This document shows positions 10,686-24,060 of a stretch of 64,000 nt of DNA, piece after piece (positions within the stretch are counted from its first letter, which is position 1; each line of letters begins with the position of its first letter). The notes below the pieces were generated by a model, which had not been told where the DNA came from, did no database searches, and saw only the letters and a list, made by a program, of their open reading frames with translations. The DNA is from Mytilus edulis (lineage: Eukaryota), in contig NC_092346.1 in NCBI RefSeq assembly GCF_963676685.1, positions 25,668,001 through 25,732,000 on the forward strand, given 5' to 3'. The translations under genes were made by a program, and so were the position numbers.

Positions 10686-13600
10686 AATGTAAATATCTCT
10701 AAAGTTATATAAACAGGAAATGAAGCAAAGAAAACTTTACCATGACCAATAAGTCAATTTTATTTATAATGAGTATTCGACTCCATACAGTCTGTTGCTC
10801 ATTTTAGTACGTTCATCGGTCGGAGTTCGCTTACTTTACAGTTGTTTGTAAAACTGTATATAAATATATTTCTTCTCATTTCACTATTTGTTTTTCTTAA
10901 ATATGTTAATCCATCAGTGAGAATGTTTAGTCAAACCACATCATGGTGAACCCAGAATAGGTTTATACTGATTAAAGTCAACAAATATGTTATGGCTAAC
11001 ATTGTTCTGATGAATTTAGTTTTGACTTGGTTTTTTTTTTTATTTTTTTTTATTTAACATCGTTGGTCAAAGGGAGATATTAGAGAGATACACATCATTG
11101 ATCCTTCGATATACTTACAGAAATAAACGTAAACCTGAAGACAAAAAGGCACAATATGAAATTAGAATATGGTAAAGCTCTATAATGCGTAAGACTTCAA
11201 CAACAAGCTAAATATAGCAACGACGACCAACTTATCTTTCATCAAGGCCAAGAACTGATGAATTGGAATCTTGAAAATACAAGAAGAAATCGTTTCGATT
11301 CAAGATAGATGTCACGTTATATTGAGAATCATACAAGTTTATTACCAACAGATGAAGAAAGGGAAGTTTTTAAAAGCTTAAAGTAAAAAAGGTTAGTCAT
11401 AATGTAATATGGAACAGCAATGTCTGATGCAAGGGCTAATCTAAAATGTCAACCTGTCTTTATAGTCATTAAAAGCTGTCCCATCATTGAAGTAAGTTGT
11501 AGAAAATCAACGAATCAATCTTTTTCAATAAAGCAATTCTCCGTTGATAAATTTCGACATCGTTACGAAGCTATGGTTCACACTACGTCTAAAGGTTCAG
11601 GCAATGTTGATCTTTGGTAGATTTAGCGATTCCTTGTTTGGTGTCTTTTAGTAATATAGATAGCTTCTACTGTATTCAAGTAGTTATGCGATCATTGGTA
11701 TGGTGTTATTCGTTATTTGTGGTTGTTTATGGTTTAGTAAACAAAATATTTTTTTTTATCGTGAAATTGGAAGATACTGCTGAAAAATGTCATGGTATTA
11801 CAAGGCAAATATGATGGCAAGCATTTAAAAAAATGCATTGGTCTACGAAAAGCCAGTACGTAAAGCTCGCGAAAAGATACTTAATTGTTGAAGGTGTTTT
11901 TCAATTTCAATCCAGATTTCGCGGCTGATGTGCGTCACATATAAAAATGTGTATGGTAGGACAGAACAAAAACATTTATTATCATTCCCTTATATGAATC
12001 AAAGATATATCCGGGCTGATTTGTATACAAAAAAAGAATTCTTTATTGTTGAATATATCTATATGACCTAGGAGGCAGAAATTAAATTATATTGAGGATT
12101 GAGCGTTGTTCACATGTTTAATGAAAATAGTTCGGTTTCGTGATCATTTCTCATGTGAACGTCGACAATGAAACGGAATAAAAAGAGATGGTGGTAAAGA
12201 ATTATGATAATTTGGCTTTCTTATTTGTCCATGTCCGGTAGATGACAGAGCAATTGTTTTATCTTTAGCCTACAGACAAGTCTATCACTGAATGTGAAAT
12301 AATTGCATTCCATTCCAATGTACATGTTAGCAGCAGAACTCAAATTCGGTTGTCAGGTTCTAAGAGCTGCACGAAACCCAAATGTATATATTATATAAAT
12401 ACATATTTAAAACGTCTGAATATTAGTCCATTGCAGTCACGTCTCAGTCCTCACAGCTGAACGAACGTGCTGGGTCAGCTCTCATTTACCCGCTATCTAC
12501 GTTGAGGGTTTACTATAGATGGATCAACGACATACTATTTTCGATGACGGAAACCAATCCAACGCTGTACATATGTCAAACCGCGTAAATACTAGCGTCA
12601 GCATACACTCCAAAACCCATTATAATTTGGGGGAGGGTATACCGACTGACGTCCGAGGGCTGTATCCTTCGTAATGGATAATCGACCTTTGGTCTTACTG
12701 TCATCGTTACTAATAAGTCCGAGATTCGTCGACCAGTACTCCATCATCGTGGTTAGCGGACTGCCAAGCTGATCAAACGGGCCCTTAAAGCAGACGTTGT
12801 GAAGATAACACATCAAAATAGTCAACAAACCAAACCAAAACAACTCACAAAACCAAGATGTCGGCCTTCAAAAAATTGCGTCTTCCACCTGTTCCCGACC
12901 GACTGCACAAAATATTTAAACGCCTTCGGGCACCGAGCCGACAATGCAAGGGCTGTATAGCTAGTCAAGGTTGTTAAAAATTCCATTTGCTGTTGTGAAT
13001 ACTAGTCAAAGATCTTTCCAACGAGAGTGCTGGATCGTTATGAGTAACGATACATGTACACAATAAACAAATTATATAAAAGCCTAAAAAGTGTACAAAA
13101 CAACACCGATAACAAAAAAAGGAAACATTAAATGTAATTATCTATAACTATTTCGTATAACAAATATCCTTCATCAGTATTATTATGACTCGAGGATTGT
13201 GATGTTAAATGAATCATATCAATCTACTTTGATTAAACTATAAAAATCTTGAAATTTATACAATAAAATAACTTAGACGCTTGTACATTTTTTTAAACAT
13301 GACTACAGATGCTTATATATCCCTTTTTGGTTTTTAAGAATTGACTTCAGTTTAACCGCCTATAAAGTTGTTGTCGCTAAGTTAGCATATATATTGTTTG
13401 AAAAACGCAAACAATTACATTGGTCTAAAAAATAAAAATGGAAATATTTGTACAAATGAAAATAGAAGTTTTATAAATGTTTTTTTTTTCAGTTTTAAAT
13501 TCAGATTATTTACGATTAATCTAAAGTCTCTTGTGCATATAATTTTTTTTACAAGTAAACTTTCGAATCTTGACTGTAAATGAACACCAGTACACAGACC

Positions 13601-13819
13601 TATTTTTTTTAAAAAGGTTACTCGTCATTGCACCGATGTTTTTTTTAATTTTAATTGGTATGTTAATTTTCGAAAATTTTAAAAGCTTGAGAAATCATTG
13701 CAATTTAAATGCTATTTTTAATAAACATACGAAAAATTAAATCATAGATGATCAATTTTAACTGGTAGATGAATAGGTTTAGATAGAGAAAGAAGGTATT
13801 GTAATTTATGCAAAATGTT

Positions 13820-14022
13820 GAGCAGGATCTGCTTATCCTTCCGGAGCATCTGAGGTCACCCCCAGTTTTTGGTGGGGTTGGTGTTGCTTAGTCTTTAGTT
13901 TTCTATATTGTGTCTTCTATACTATAATTTGTCTGTTTTCCTCTTTGAGTGGCCATGGCGTTGTCAGTTTACTTTCGATCTATGAGTTTGGATATCCATC
14001 TGGTATCTTTCTCCCCTCTTTC
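13820..14022 (+). repeat. Short copy of the Naiad-like PLE 3' end
   Basis: gagcaggatctgcttatccttccggagcatctgaggtcacccc...tctggtatctttctcccctcttt is the reverse complement of 49773-49980. Confidence 0.75.
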
Positions 14023-14747
14023 ATGTCAATGTCAAGAATAAGTTGACAAATTTCACATTCTTTTGAATTGTAGATCCCTAGACGATTCGAGAACTGTTTT
14101 GGATAATTATTATTGTAGCAGAGTAAATGTTATCAAGCTTAGTAAAGTATTACAAACGTTACAACACATATATAGGATTAAGTTAAAATATATTTAAAAC
14201 TATAAAGGTTGTAAATCCTAGCAGTTCTTCCTGGTTAGCCTTTGTCTATTTTTTTTTTTTTATTATTATAATCACTATTTATTGTAACATTCTTTTATTG
14301 TCATGTGCACACTTAATTTTGTATCTTATATATCATCGTTTCATTCTTTGCATGTACCAATGTGTAATATATATGCCTACAGTGGTTTTAAAGAATAAAA
14401 CTGTACGTCTTGTCTTGGCTTGTCTTGGCGTTGCTGAGTATTTATTTGATTACATTAATTTTCATGTAGTTACAGTTATTTTTTTCCAACTTGATTGATT
14501 AACATAATAATTAGTTTTACTTAAATTAAGGTGATTGAAAAGGTGTCATATTTCCAGTTCAAACAAATATAAATTATTTTGAAAGCCGGTTATGAAAAAA
14601 TAATATGAAAGAAAAGACAAATAATAGATCAATAAAGGTTAGATTTTGCTTATTAATTGTTACCATTTATATCTTAATTGTTATCGTAATAATTTTTATT
14701 GCTAAAAATGTTCAAAATGATTTTTTGTTACCATTCTTAATCATCCA

Positions 14748-15046
14748 TCCCCCACCTTTTTCGTGGGAAAACTTTGGTTGATTATATAGGGAATCACTGA
14801 AGCAAGACTGGAGCCCCTTTTTATGTCAGTCAGTGCCCTCCCCCCTTTTTCGTGGGAAAACTTTGGTTGATTATATAGGGAATCACTTAAGCAAGACTGG
14901 AGCCCCTTTTTATATCAGTCAGTGCCCTCCCCCCCCCCCCCTTTTCGTGGGAAAACTTTGGTTGATTATATAGGAAATCACTGAAGCATGACTGATGACT
15001 GGAGTCAGTTAGTGCCCCCCTTATGAAAACTTCTGGGTCCGCCACT
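14748..15046. repeat. Three ~90-bp tandem units ending in a MITE-like terminus
   Basis: ttttcgtgggaaaactttggttgattatatagggaatcact-aagca-gactgg repeated three times, followed by ctgggtccgccactg. Confidence 0.7.
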
Positions 15047-15281
15047 GATAATTATTTTTTATTAATTTCAGATTTAGTAAAGTAACTGATAATATGTGAA
15101 AGGCCGAGTTAGATATAGTCCGAGTTTCGTATGGGCCGTGGAACCGGTTATTATCTAGTCGTTAAAGCGTTTATCACAACCAAATTTTATCTTTGACTTT
15201 GGAAGAAAATTGTAACCCGAGTAAAAAATTTGCGTGCACAAACTCGATAGTCTATTTTTCATAGCAAAATCAATTATCAAG

Positions 15282-18200
15282 ATGGGGTGGTGTTCAGAAG
15301 ATTTGTTTCCTACAAAATTCAGTTTGATCATATTTATTTCGTATATGGCACTGTTTATAAATCAAGGTAAGTGATGACATGACAAGACAGCCATATCCAT
15401 GAGAACATAAACAAAAACTTTCGTTAGGGTCTAGATGTCTACATCTACATCTACATGGGTAATCCGCAATGAGTCGGTTGACTCATCACACGAATGTATT
15501 AAAATTAAAGTTGTGTCATCCAAAATGTGCTCTTTTAAAATCATACGTACAGGTGCCAGTGCAGACAAAAACGTGTGTGCTGATTTACGGACATCTGTGT
15601 GCTATGAGGTTGGTTTTGAATGCCTCATAGTCATCAATGTCCAATAAGCTAGGCGGTAGTTCATTCCAGTTTGTGATGGTTCTAACGAAGAAGCTATGTT
15701 TTCTTTGTTCAGAACTTGATCCTAATCTGACAAATCGTTGTTGATGGAACTGACGTGTCATTCTTGCTGGTGTCATCAAGTATTCTGGCACTGTGCCCTG
15801 TGGTACACCAGATTTTACATTTACAGATGATGATTCATCGCCGTCTACTAGTACTTTCTGCTGTCTAGTTGTTAACCAAGACTTCAGCCATCCGTGGATG
15901 TCTCCTCTGACTCCATAGTGGTCTAGTTTATGGAGGAGTCTGATGTGGGGTATGGTGTCAAAGGCTTTACTGAAGTCAAGTATCAATAAGTCAGTTTGTT
16001 GTTTGGAATCTAAATACCTGCTTATTTCTTCAACTGTAATAATAAGCTGTGTTTCACATGATCTCTTTTGCCGAAATCCATGTTGGAAGTCTGCAAGGAT
16101 CTTATAACATTCTAAGTGTTCCATGATGTGTTTAAAGATTATGTGCTCCATTACTTTACACGGTACTGATGTAAGCGATACCGGTCTATAATTTACTGGT
16201 TTTGATCTATCTCCTTTCTTGAAAAGTGCTGTTATGTTTGTAGCATAATGATAAAGGTAATAAGAGACAGGTTTAAACTGTAATATAGCCTGTATATTTA
16301 TACCTGTTGAAATACGTGTACTGATTTATGCAAAATTAAAACAACAGTAAGATGATTTTGAATTTTATTACTGAGCCAAGGCCACAGTTTGTTTATATTT
16401 TGTAAAAAATATGACTTTTAATACAATACAAATCACTTATTGCAAATCTTTGTACAGATACTGAAACTCTAACTAATTGATCTGAGGCGAGTTTCCCTAG
16501 AGAACTCATAATTTTTGTTTTCTATCAGTATCAGAAAGTATCACAATTTGAATAAGCAGTTGACAAATTTCATTAAGTTCACAAACAGGATAAAGTAAAA
16601 ATGTTCGACCTGGTTAAGTTTCTTTTTCGATGATCAGGCCACGATTAAAAATATTTGGGTTTGCCCAAACCCTACCCAAAGGTTGAGACAGTGGGTAGGT
16701 ACAATGTAGGTAGGCATTTTCTGTTTTTTTTCAAAAAGAGAAATTGAAGTATCAGGTGTTTATTAGTCTTCTTGCCTATCTGATTAAAAAAAACTTCTTC
16801 AAATCAGGAAAATAAAAGAATTTGAGTAGGCTTTTTTTTTTCTGGGTAGGTAGTGTTTGGACAAACAAACCTATTTTTTTTATGGCCTCATAGATATGTT
16901 ATAAGGGGACGAAGTGCCCTATAACAGTAAAAAAAAAAAAAAAAATTCTAATGTATTTATATTATGAACTAAAAAATCATTAACTTTTTTTTCTAACATT
17001 TTTTAGTTTCCCGCTTTAGCACAGTAATAATCTCTTTTGTTCTTCCAGTCTCGTTTGTCATGAAATTTTGAGTATAATACATTTATCAGTCTAGTAATTA
17101 ATTTAGTAATACCTGTACAATGTATATAGGAATGTGCACAATAACTTTCATTTCGATTATTCTTTGATATGAAAAAAAAACGTTACCTGATGATAGCGTG
17201 TCTTTATTTACATTGAAAACGACAATATGACTAATATTAAACGTTACAGTCATGACAGTATTTCTGTTTCTTTTTAAACATTAAAATATGTTAGAATTAA
17301 ATAAAGGTAATTGATACGGACTTCGTCCCCTTTCACAGGTCACTCCCGCCTCATACATGTATATTGTATTACGAATATATGATTTCCCACATGTTCAACA
17401 TGGCATACATGTACATTTGTTTTATTTAAGTAATCTTTTATTATCATCATGATCATGAATATATTCATATTTCATGATCATATATAAAATAACACATGTA
17501 CAGCTACACTTGAAAAACAATTTGGATTTCTAATTAAGTCCAGAACAATTTTTTGATTTGCTAGCCCTTAGAAACTGAATCCTTTTTAACATATTTAAAC
17601 CCTATTTAACTCTGTTCTGGAAAATATCACCAATGTCACCTCAAACCTACAACATCATTCTATATAGGTACCAATATATTTGACGCAGGTTCAAGGCGGT
17701 GTATTTTGTAAAAACGAAATTCTTCAATAGAGTTAATAGGGCTAGCTTGAGGGTGACCAAATCAGAAAATGACCCTTGACTTGTAATTATCAACACTAAC
17801 ATTTTGGATTCTAATTAAGGATAATGATCATGAAGGTAAATTGTTATTGGTTATTATTATTATAGTGTGGTAAATGTATGTGTTCAATCATTCATTCATA
17901 TATGTCCTGGTAATATATATTTTAATACTGGAAGAGTAATGGATTTTAAATTTTGATGGAAAAGGTCTTAAAAGTCATTGAAGAATTATAAACATTGTAA
18001 TATAGTTTTAAGTCCATTGTAAGTGTTGGAAAATAATTTGATATGATTGTGAAGAGACTTCACATGTCACTTAGTGACTTACATGTAAATGGGTTGTTTT
18101 AACAACAATCATGACAATGAAAGAATTATTGTTTCTAAGACAGTACATTGTACTTCACAATCATTTTTACTGATAGAAAATCGATTGTGAAAAGGGCACT

Positions 18201-21200
18201 TTTATCCATGTTATTTCAAAAATGGTACAAGATTAGTTTGGATTTTCTATATGTAATGTTTAAAGGACAGGAAGGCATTGCTCATAACATCTGAGGTGCA
18301 TGGCCCTTCCAAGTTCTACTCACACTTACATACAATGTATATCACCAAAATTGTATAATCATGATAATGGTGAACTTAAAACTTGTAGTGTTGAGCTTAT
18401 TACATGTATCACATAATCATATTCATGATATTATTAACTCTTTTTATTCATTGAAAAAAGGATGTTGATCTGTTCCTTCATATTTGAAATACAGTACAAC
18501 CTGTGACAACCTTTGATAAATACTCACCATGTGCTATAAAACATGGCCTTGTCCTATGTGTCATCAGGCACAGCAATTGCATGGATGAAGTACAATTGTA
18601 ATAATACAGCAGTAAACTAAGCACAACAACAAATGATGACCATGGAGTTCATAAAGCATACATTTGTAGGTCATAACCATGGGCTGGTGGTCAATCTAGA
18701 CATATAGAAACTTGTAAGATTGAGGACATTTTTTTAATTTATAAAATAGTCCAATTATCTTTTTAGCTATATATTTAACCAGCTGTTTTATTGAATTCAA
18801 ATTTTGATTTTGTTTCTGTCATTATCATAGAATTTTAATTTTGCAAATAATTATATTTGATCTGATGAGACACACAATATAATATGCATGTTCATATTCA
18901 TTGGTGTATAACACAGAAAGCATTTTATATAATCTTTATGTTTTGTAAAAACTGCATTTTTGTACATACTGACAATAATGCCTAAATCTTTGCTTTCTTT
19001 CAGGTATTTTGGTAACAGCATCTAAAAGTAAAGACAACACATACAATTACAATACCGTTACAGCTGTGTTATTGACAGAATGTGTCAAGCTTGTGGCAGC
19101 TGCTTGTATATTTTTAAAAGAGTGAGTTATTATATTATTTGTCTAGCTCATTTTATCATTCATTTTGTCATATTCTTATATATGTTTTATTTTTCCTGGT
19201 CACAAATTGAAATTTCTTTGGAGAACACCAACTTAGATATATTTATATATAAAATCTATTTTTACAGTCATATCATTCTCAGCATCTTATTTGTAAATAC
19301 AATGTATAATGTTTCTCATACAAAATTGATATTTGACTTTTTTATTAGCATTAGTTTTATTATGGAGGTGATAATACTGTGAAATCTGTACACAGTACAC
19401 ACATAAACTATTTTGTTTTTTACTTACATTTGTATTTAATTTTTATAACTGGTTTATGATTAGATGATTAAAAACTATATTTTTTTTCAATATTTCAAAA
19501 TGAGTTCAAAGCAATTTTTAATATGACAAAGGCAAATTTGAGTTCTACATTTAATCTGCTAAAAGATTAATACATTCAATTTGATAGTAACAATGTATAT
19601 TCTTATAAAAAAAAGGGAAATTTACATGTATGTAGCTTAATTATCTAAATTAGTCTCTTGTGGAGAGTAGTCTCATTGACAATCATACCACATCATCTAA
19701 TTTATATAACACTGAAAATCTGGATAAAAATCCCCATTTATAAATATAAGGCACAAACTCCAGCAGAAAATTATCAAATCGCTGGAACATTTTATATTTT
19801 AAGTTGATTTTCAACACAAGAACTTTCTTACTAATTAATACAGTTGACAGGTTTCTTTCTTCTGTTAATCTGACCAATTTAAGCACTTACTGACCTCTCA
19901 CAAATCCTGCAGATTTAAGTTATTTTTTATGATGAGACTTCATGACAACTGTACATGTGAGGGGTGTTGTTTTTTTTATTATTTTGCCTTTTTTCAATTA
20001 AAGGTATTCCACCAGTAGCTATATCTTCTTTAACTAGCCTCATTATACTGTAGATGGGAGCACTTTTTGAACCTGTATATCAAATGATGCGCAAATTTAT
20101 ATATTATAAGGTCAAAATTCATTTGTAACATGCACATGTACATTTGTACTAGTTCAAGTAGATATATTTCTATTTTCATTTATAGATAAACGAAGATGTA
20201 GTATAAGTTCTAATGAGACAACTCTCCATCAAAGTCACAATTTGTAAAAGTAAACCATTATAATTCAAAGTACCGTCTTCAACACAGAGCCTTGGCTCAC
20301 ACTGAACAGCAAGCTTTAAAGTGCCTAAAAAATACTAGTGTAAAACCATTAAAACGGGAAAACCAAAAAAATGAGTAACACTTATAAACCACATCAACAA
20401 ACTACAACCAGTGAACATCATTTATTTAGTTTTATGTTTATTTTTCATCGCCATTCATTAGTATTTTCTTTCAATTTTCAGTAATACAGTCAGTTCTCTG
20501 CTGTCAGATATTTCCAAGCATAAAGATGGTAAGTATAAATTATAACCTGCCCTTTTCCATATTGGCCCTGGTATCATCCTGAGACTCCCATATAGGCCAT
20601 TGAGGCTTTAGCTGAGGGCGGATATGGGTCGAGGGATGATACCAGGGCCAAAATGGAAAAGACATGTTATAATCTATTTATCACATATTTAAAGTCATAA
20701 GAAACCTCAAATTAAAAAAAAATATGCATATGTTTTTTATAACTAAATGGATAGTTTTCATTAAACAACTTTATGTACATATACTTTTTTCTGAGGAAAA
20801 TTCTTTAATTTGTCCACATTTAGAAGAAGTGTACTTATTTTTAATTGCTTGCTGCCAGCAAGCAATTCAATGACATATTTTCCGTATGCATAGTGACCCG
20901 AGCGTAACCCTCCTCGTAAAAATCCGGTGACCACAATACGCATGGATCTGTCATTGAAATAAACAAATATCTGATTATACATGTTAAACACGTGCTCAAT
21001 ACCCATGCTTTTTGTGATTTGTTTACTATAAGGTGACAATCGGTAAAACTCGGCTTCAAATCACGGCATTTAATGAGCAGCCATATTTTTTAAATCATAA
21101 CAAACAGAGAGAAAAAAATTAGCGATTATATGATATATTTGCGAAAATAATGATAAAATCGTGCACATAGGACTAAGTTTATGATGTATACATGCATTGG

Positions 21201-24060
21201 TTCAAGAATTGGACAAACATTATTTTTCACCACTCACTCACTCGTTTCATATGACTTTAAGTTCTGCAGAATAGAGACAAAAAGTTCAATTATTACAATT
21301 TAATGAAACATAACAGGTAAAATTTAAAATTTTGTATCACAAAAGTGTTATCAATTGTCGTTAAGGACGCAATGACGTCACGTCATTTGGAATCAGGGCA
21401 CAATAACCAATAACCTCTTTTTTGCCCCAGGCATTTTTGAGGTTATTGCATATGCAAAACCCAACGTATTTGTAACAAATATGTGGTAAGGAATTCTTAT
21501 CTACTGTTTGTATATCGTCTACAACACAAAATGTATATAATTATAGGTACATGTAGGGCAATATGCAGTACATTACATATACAGTGTTATAGATATAAGA
21601 AGATGTGGTATGAGTGCCAATGAGACAATTCTCCTTCTAAGTCACAATTTATAAAAGTAAACCATTATAGGTTAAGGTATGGTCTTCAGCAAGTAGCCTA
21701 GGCTCACACCGAACAGCAAGATATAAAGGACCCCAAAAATTACTAGTGTAAAACCATTCAAATGGGAAAACCAACGGTCTCATCTATTTAAAAAACAAGA
21801 AACACTTATGAACCAGATAAACAGACGACAACCACTGACTTAGGATAGGTACAGTGTATGCATGAAAGTCTAAACAAATAACAAAAACCTGAAAAACAGC
21901 TGACTCTATAACAGAAAGTTTGTAAAAACTCAAATAAAATTTTCAGAAACAACACACTAAGTGAACAGATTTCAGTTCTTTAACAACCATGTTTGTGGAG
22001 TAAAATTGAAACATTTAATAATAATTGAGGAAAATTATGAAAATGGACTCATTAGTTTGGTACAACAGGTTTATCATTTACAGCCATGCAGGATTTTCAA
22101 TTATTACCTTCATTTAGTGACTGAATTTGGGAGAGTTGCATGCTATCTTTGTGAAATAAAACCCTTCTTGATACATCTTTTTGAGATTAGTAGTAGATAA
22201 CCTGTTGGCAGACTTTTAAGTCTTGTCCATATTCAACATACATGTATCAATATTTCCAAACATTTGCTTGACATGTATTTCATACTATCATGACTATTCT
22301 TAGCCTCTGCTAAACTTATAAACTTGATTATTTCTCATCATGGTGAATATGCATGAAGTTTTAGCCATTGGAACTTTAAAAAATCTTTTGGCGTGTCACA
22401 TCATTATTTATTACTATTTATTTTATTAGGGGATACAATAAGCACGATGTGCCCAAGTCAGTATTTAAGAAGAAATTGCTTCTAAAAGCTTGCAAAGCAT
22501 TTTATAAATTTTAGGTTTAACTGTGTGAAGAAATTAACACAATACATGCGTTTAAATTATTTTAATCTTAAGAGAAGCATTTTCTTCCTTTTAATAATTA
22601 ACGCATATGTACAAAAAAGTGACTCACAGTTTATATCAACTGTGTATTATTATTTTTTTTCAGTGTTACTGTATTACATGGTACCATCAGCATTATATTG
22701 TTTATACAATAACCTGGCTTTCGTAAACCTGGCATCATATGATCCAACTACATACTTCCTATTATTACAGTTCAGAGTTGTATTGACTGGTGTGATATTC
22801 CAGGTGAGTTCTTGTTTTTTAACAGGAAGAAAAACTACAAATACAGTTCACTCAAGATAAATATGTAGAAATATGAAGATGTGATATATTTAATAATGAG
22901 ACCAAATTATGTGGAATAAGGAAACTATAGGTTAATCTACCACCTTAAAAAAAATAGCAAAACCTATATCACACAGCAAGCTTAAAAATGCTCCAAAATG
23001 ACAAATGAAAAAATATTTTAAAATAGAAAGTAATGGCTTAATTTATGAAAAGAAACCAATTAACAAATATGGCATTCAGCAACTAACAACAGCCACTGAA
23101 ATACAGGCTCCTTTAGATGCTAATTTCAAAAGTTAAAAATCTCTTTATACAACATATATTTCTTGGAATTGTTAGGCAACTAAGGTCCAAATCGTTCTGT
23201 CAAAGTTGACCTGGAATGGATTGGGCTATTTTAAGGTCCCTTATCGTTGTATACCTCCGAAAAATCCGAAAAGAGCTTCAGACAAACCAAACTTTGAACT
23301 GTTACTTTCATCATTTAACAAAAATTCCAAGTATTTCAAAATATTATGAGTAAAAACATGACTGGTAAATCCATGGTGGTTACTGATATTATAATTTTCC
23401 ATATCTAGTAACATTTTAAATTGTTCTTTTCAGATTGTTTTCAATAAGAAATTGACAACACTTCAGTGGGTATCATTAGGATGCCTTACATTTGGATGTA
23501 TCTTGAAAGAGTATGGTAAAATGTCAGAAAAAACAAGTGCCACATCATCAGATTTCATGTCCTACCTTGATCCTCACCTGTTTCTGATCATTGTCCAGGT
23601 GTTTAGCTCATGTTTTGCAGGTGTGTACAATGAGTACCTGTTGAAAGACAAAGGTGTCGACGTCCATATAATGGTACAGAATGTATTCATGTATTTAGAT
23701 TCTATCTTATGTAACGTCATAGCTCTGGGATTTAAAGGAGATTTGGCCAATGCCTTCACATTTACGAGTCTCAGCGCTATGGCCCAACCAAGCGTGATAT
23801 GTATAGTTCTGAACAATGCCGCTATTGGCATTGTCACTAGTTTATTCCTGCGATCGCTGAATTCCATTTTGAAGACATTTGCCAGTGCTTTAGAACTGAT
23901 GTTTACTGCAGTTTTGTGCTGGATGATTTTTGGTATATCTATAGACATGTACACAGTAGTGGCACTTGGAATTGTAACTGCAGCCACTTTCCTGTATTCT
24001 CACAAACCTGTTGTCAACCTGGCCAAGACAGATGAACACAAAACAAAAGAAGATGTCTAA
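15282..24060 (+). CDS. senju: Nucleotide-sugar transporter of the SLC35A family, senju (UDP-galactose transporter)-like, 5 coding exons, 338 aa
   Basis: Exons 15282-15366 (MGWCSEDLFPTKFSLIIFISYMALFINQG), 19004-19121 (ILVTASKSKDNTYNYNTVTAVLLTECVKL), 20482-20528, 22664-22803 (YMVPSALYCLYNNLAFVNLASYDPTTYFLLLQFRVV) and 23434-24060 (SCFAGVYNEYLLK...NNAAIGIVTSLFLRSLNSILKTFASALE). All GT-AG, 1017 nt in frame. Confidence 0.9.
15431..16240 (-). mobile_element. 5'-truncated, internally deleted non-LTR retrotransposon (CR1/L2/Jockey-group LINE) in intron 1 of the transporter
   Basis: RT motifs ALFKKGDRSKPVNYRPVSLTSVPCKVME, QHGFR, LDFSKAFD and GVPQG, fused directly to the C-terminal HSFFVRTITNWNELP; 3' tail of (ATGTAG)n. 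Confidence 0.85.
16636..16888. mobile_element. MITE-like element with imperfect terminal inverted repeats
   Basis: aggccacgattaaaaatatttgggtttgcccaaaccctaccca versus tgggtaggtagtgtttggacaaacaaacctattttttttatggcct. Confidence 0.55.
21595..21850 (-). repeat. Abundant interspersed repeat (other copies at ~20185-20420, ~31790-32215, ~3222-3310, 46694-46768)
   Basis: Shared aagatgtggtatgagtgccaatgagacaa-tctcc...gtaaaccattata...ggctcacaccgaacagcaag...actagtgtaaaaccatt...gggaaaacc blocks. Confidence 0.7.

Noticed and set aside
12420-12970. Telomerase RNA, 7SK, RNase P/MRP or an snRNA
   Set aside because: No CTAACCCTAA-type template, and no recognisable 7SK, P4 or snRNA 5' motifs by eye; retained only as an unexplained island.
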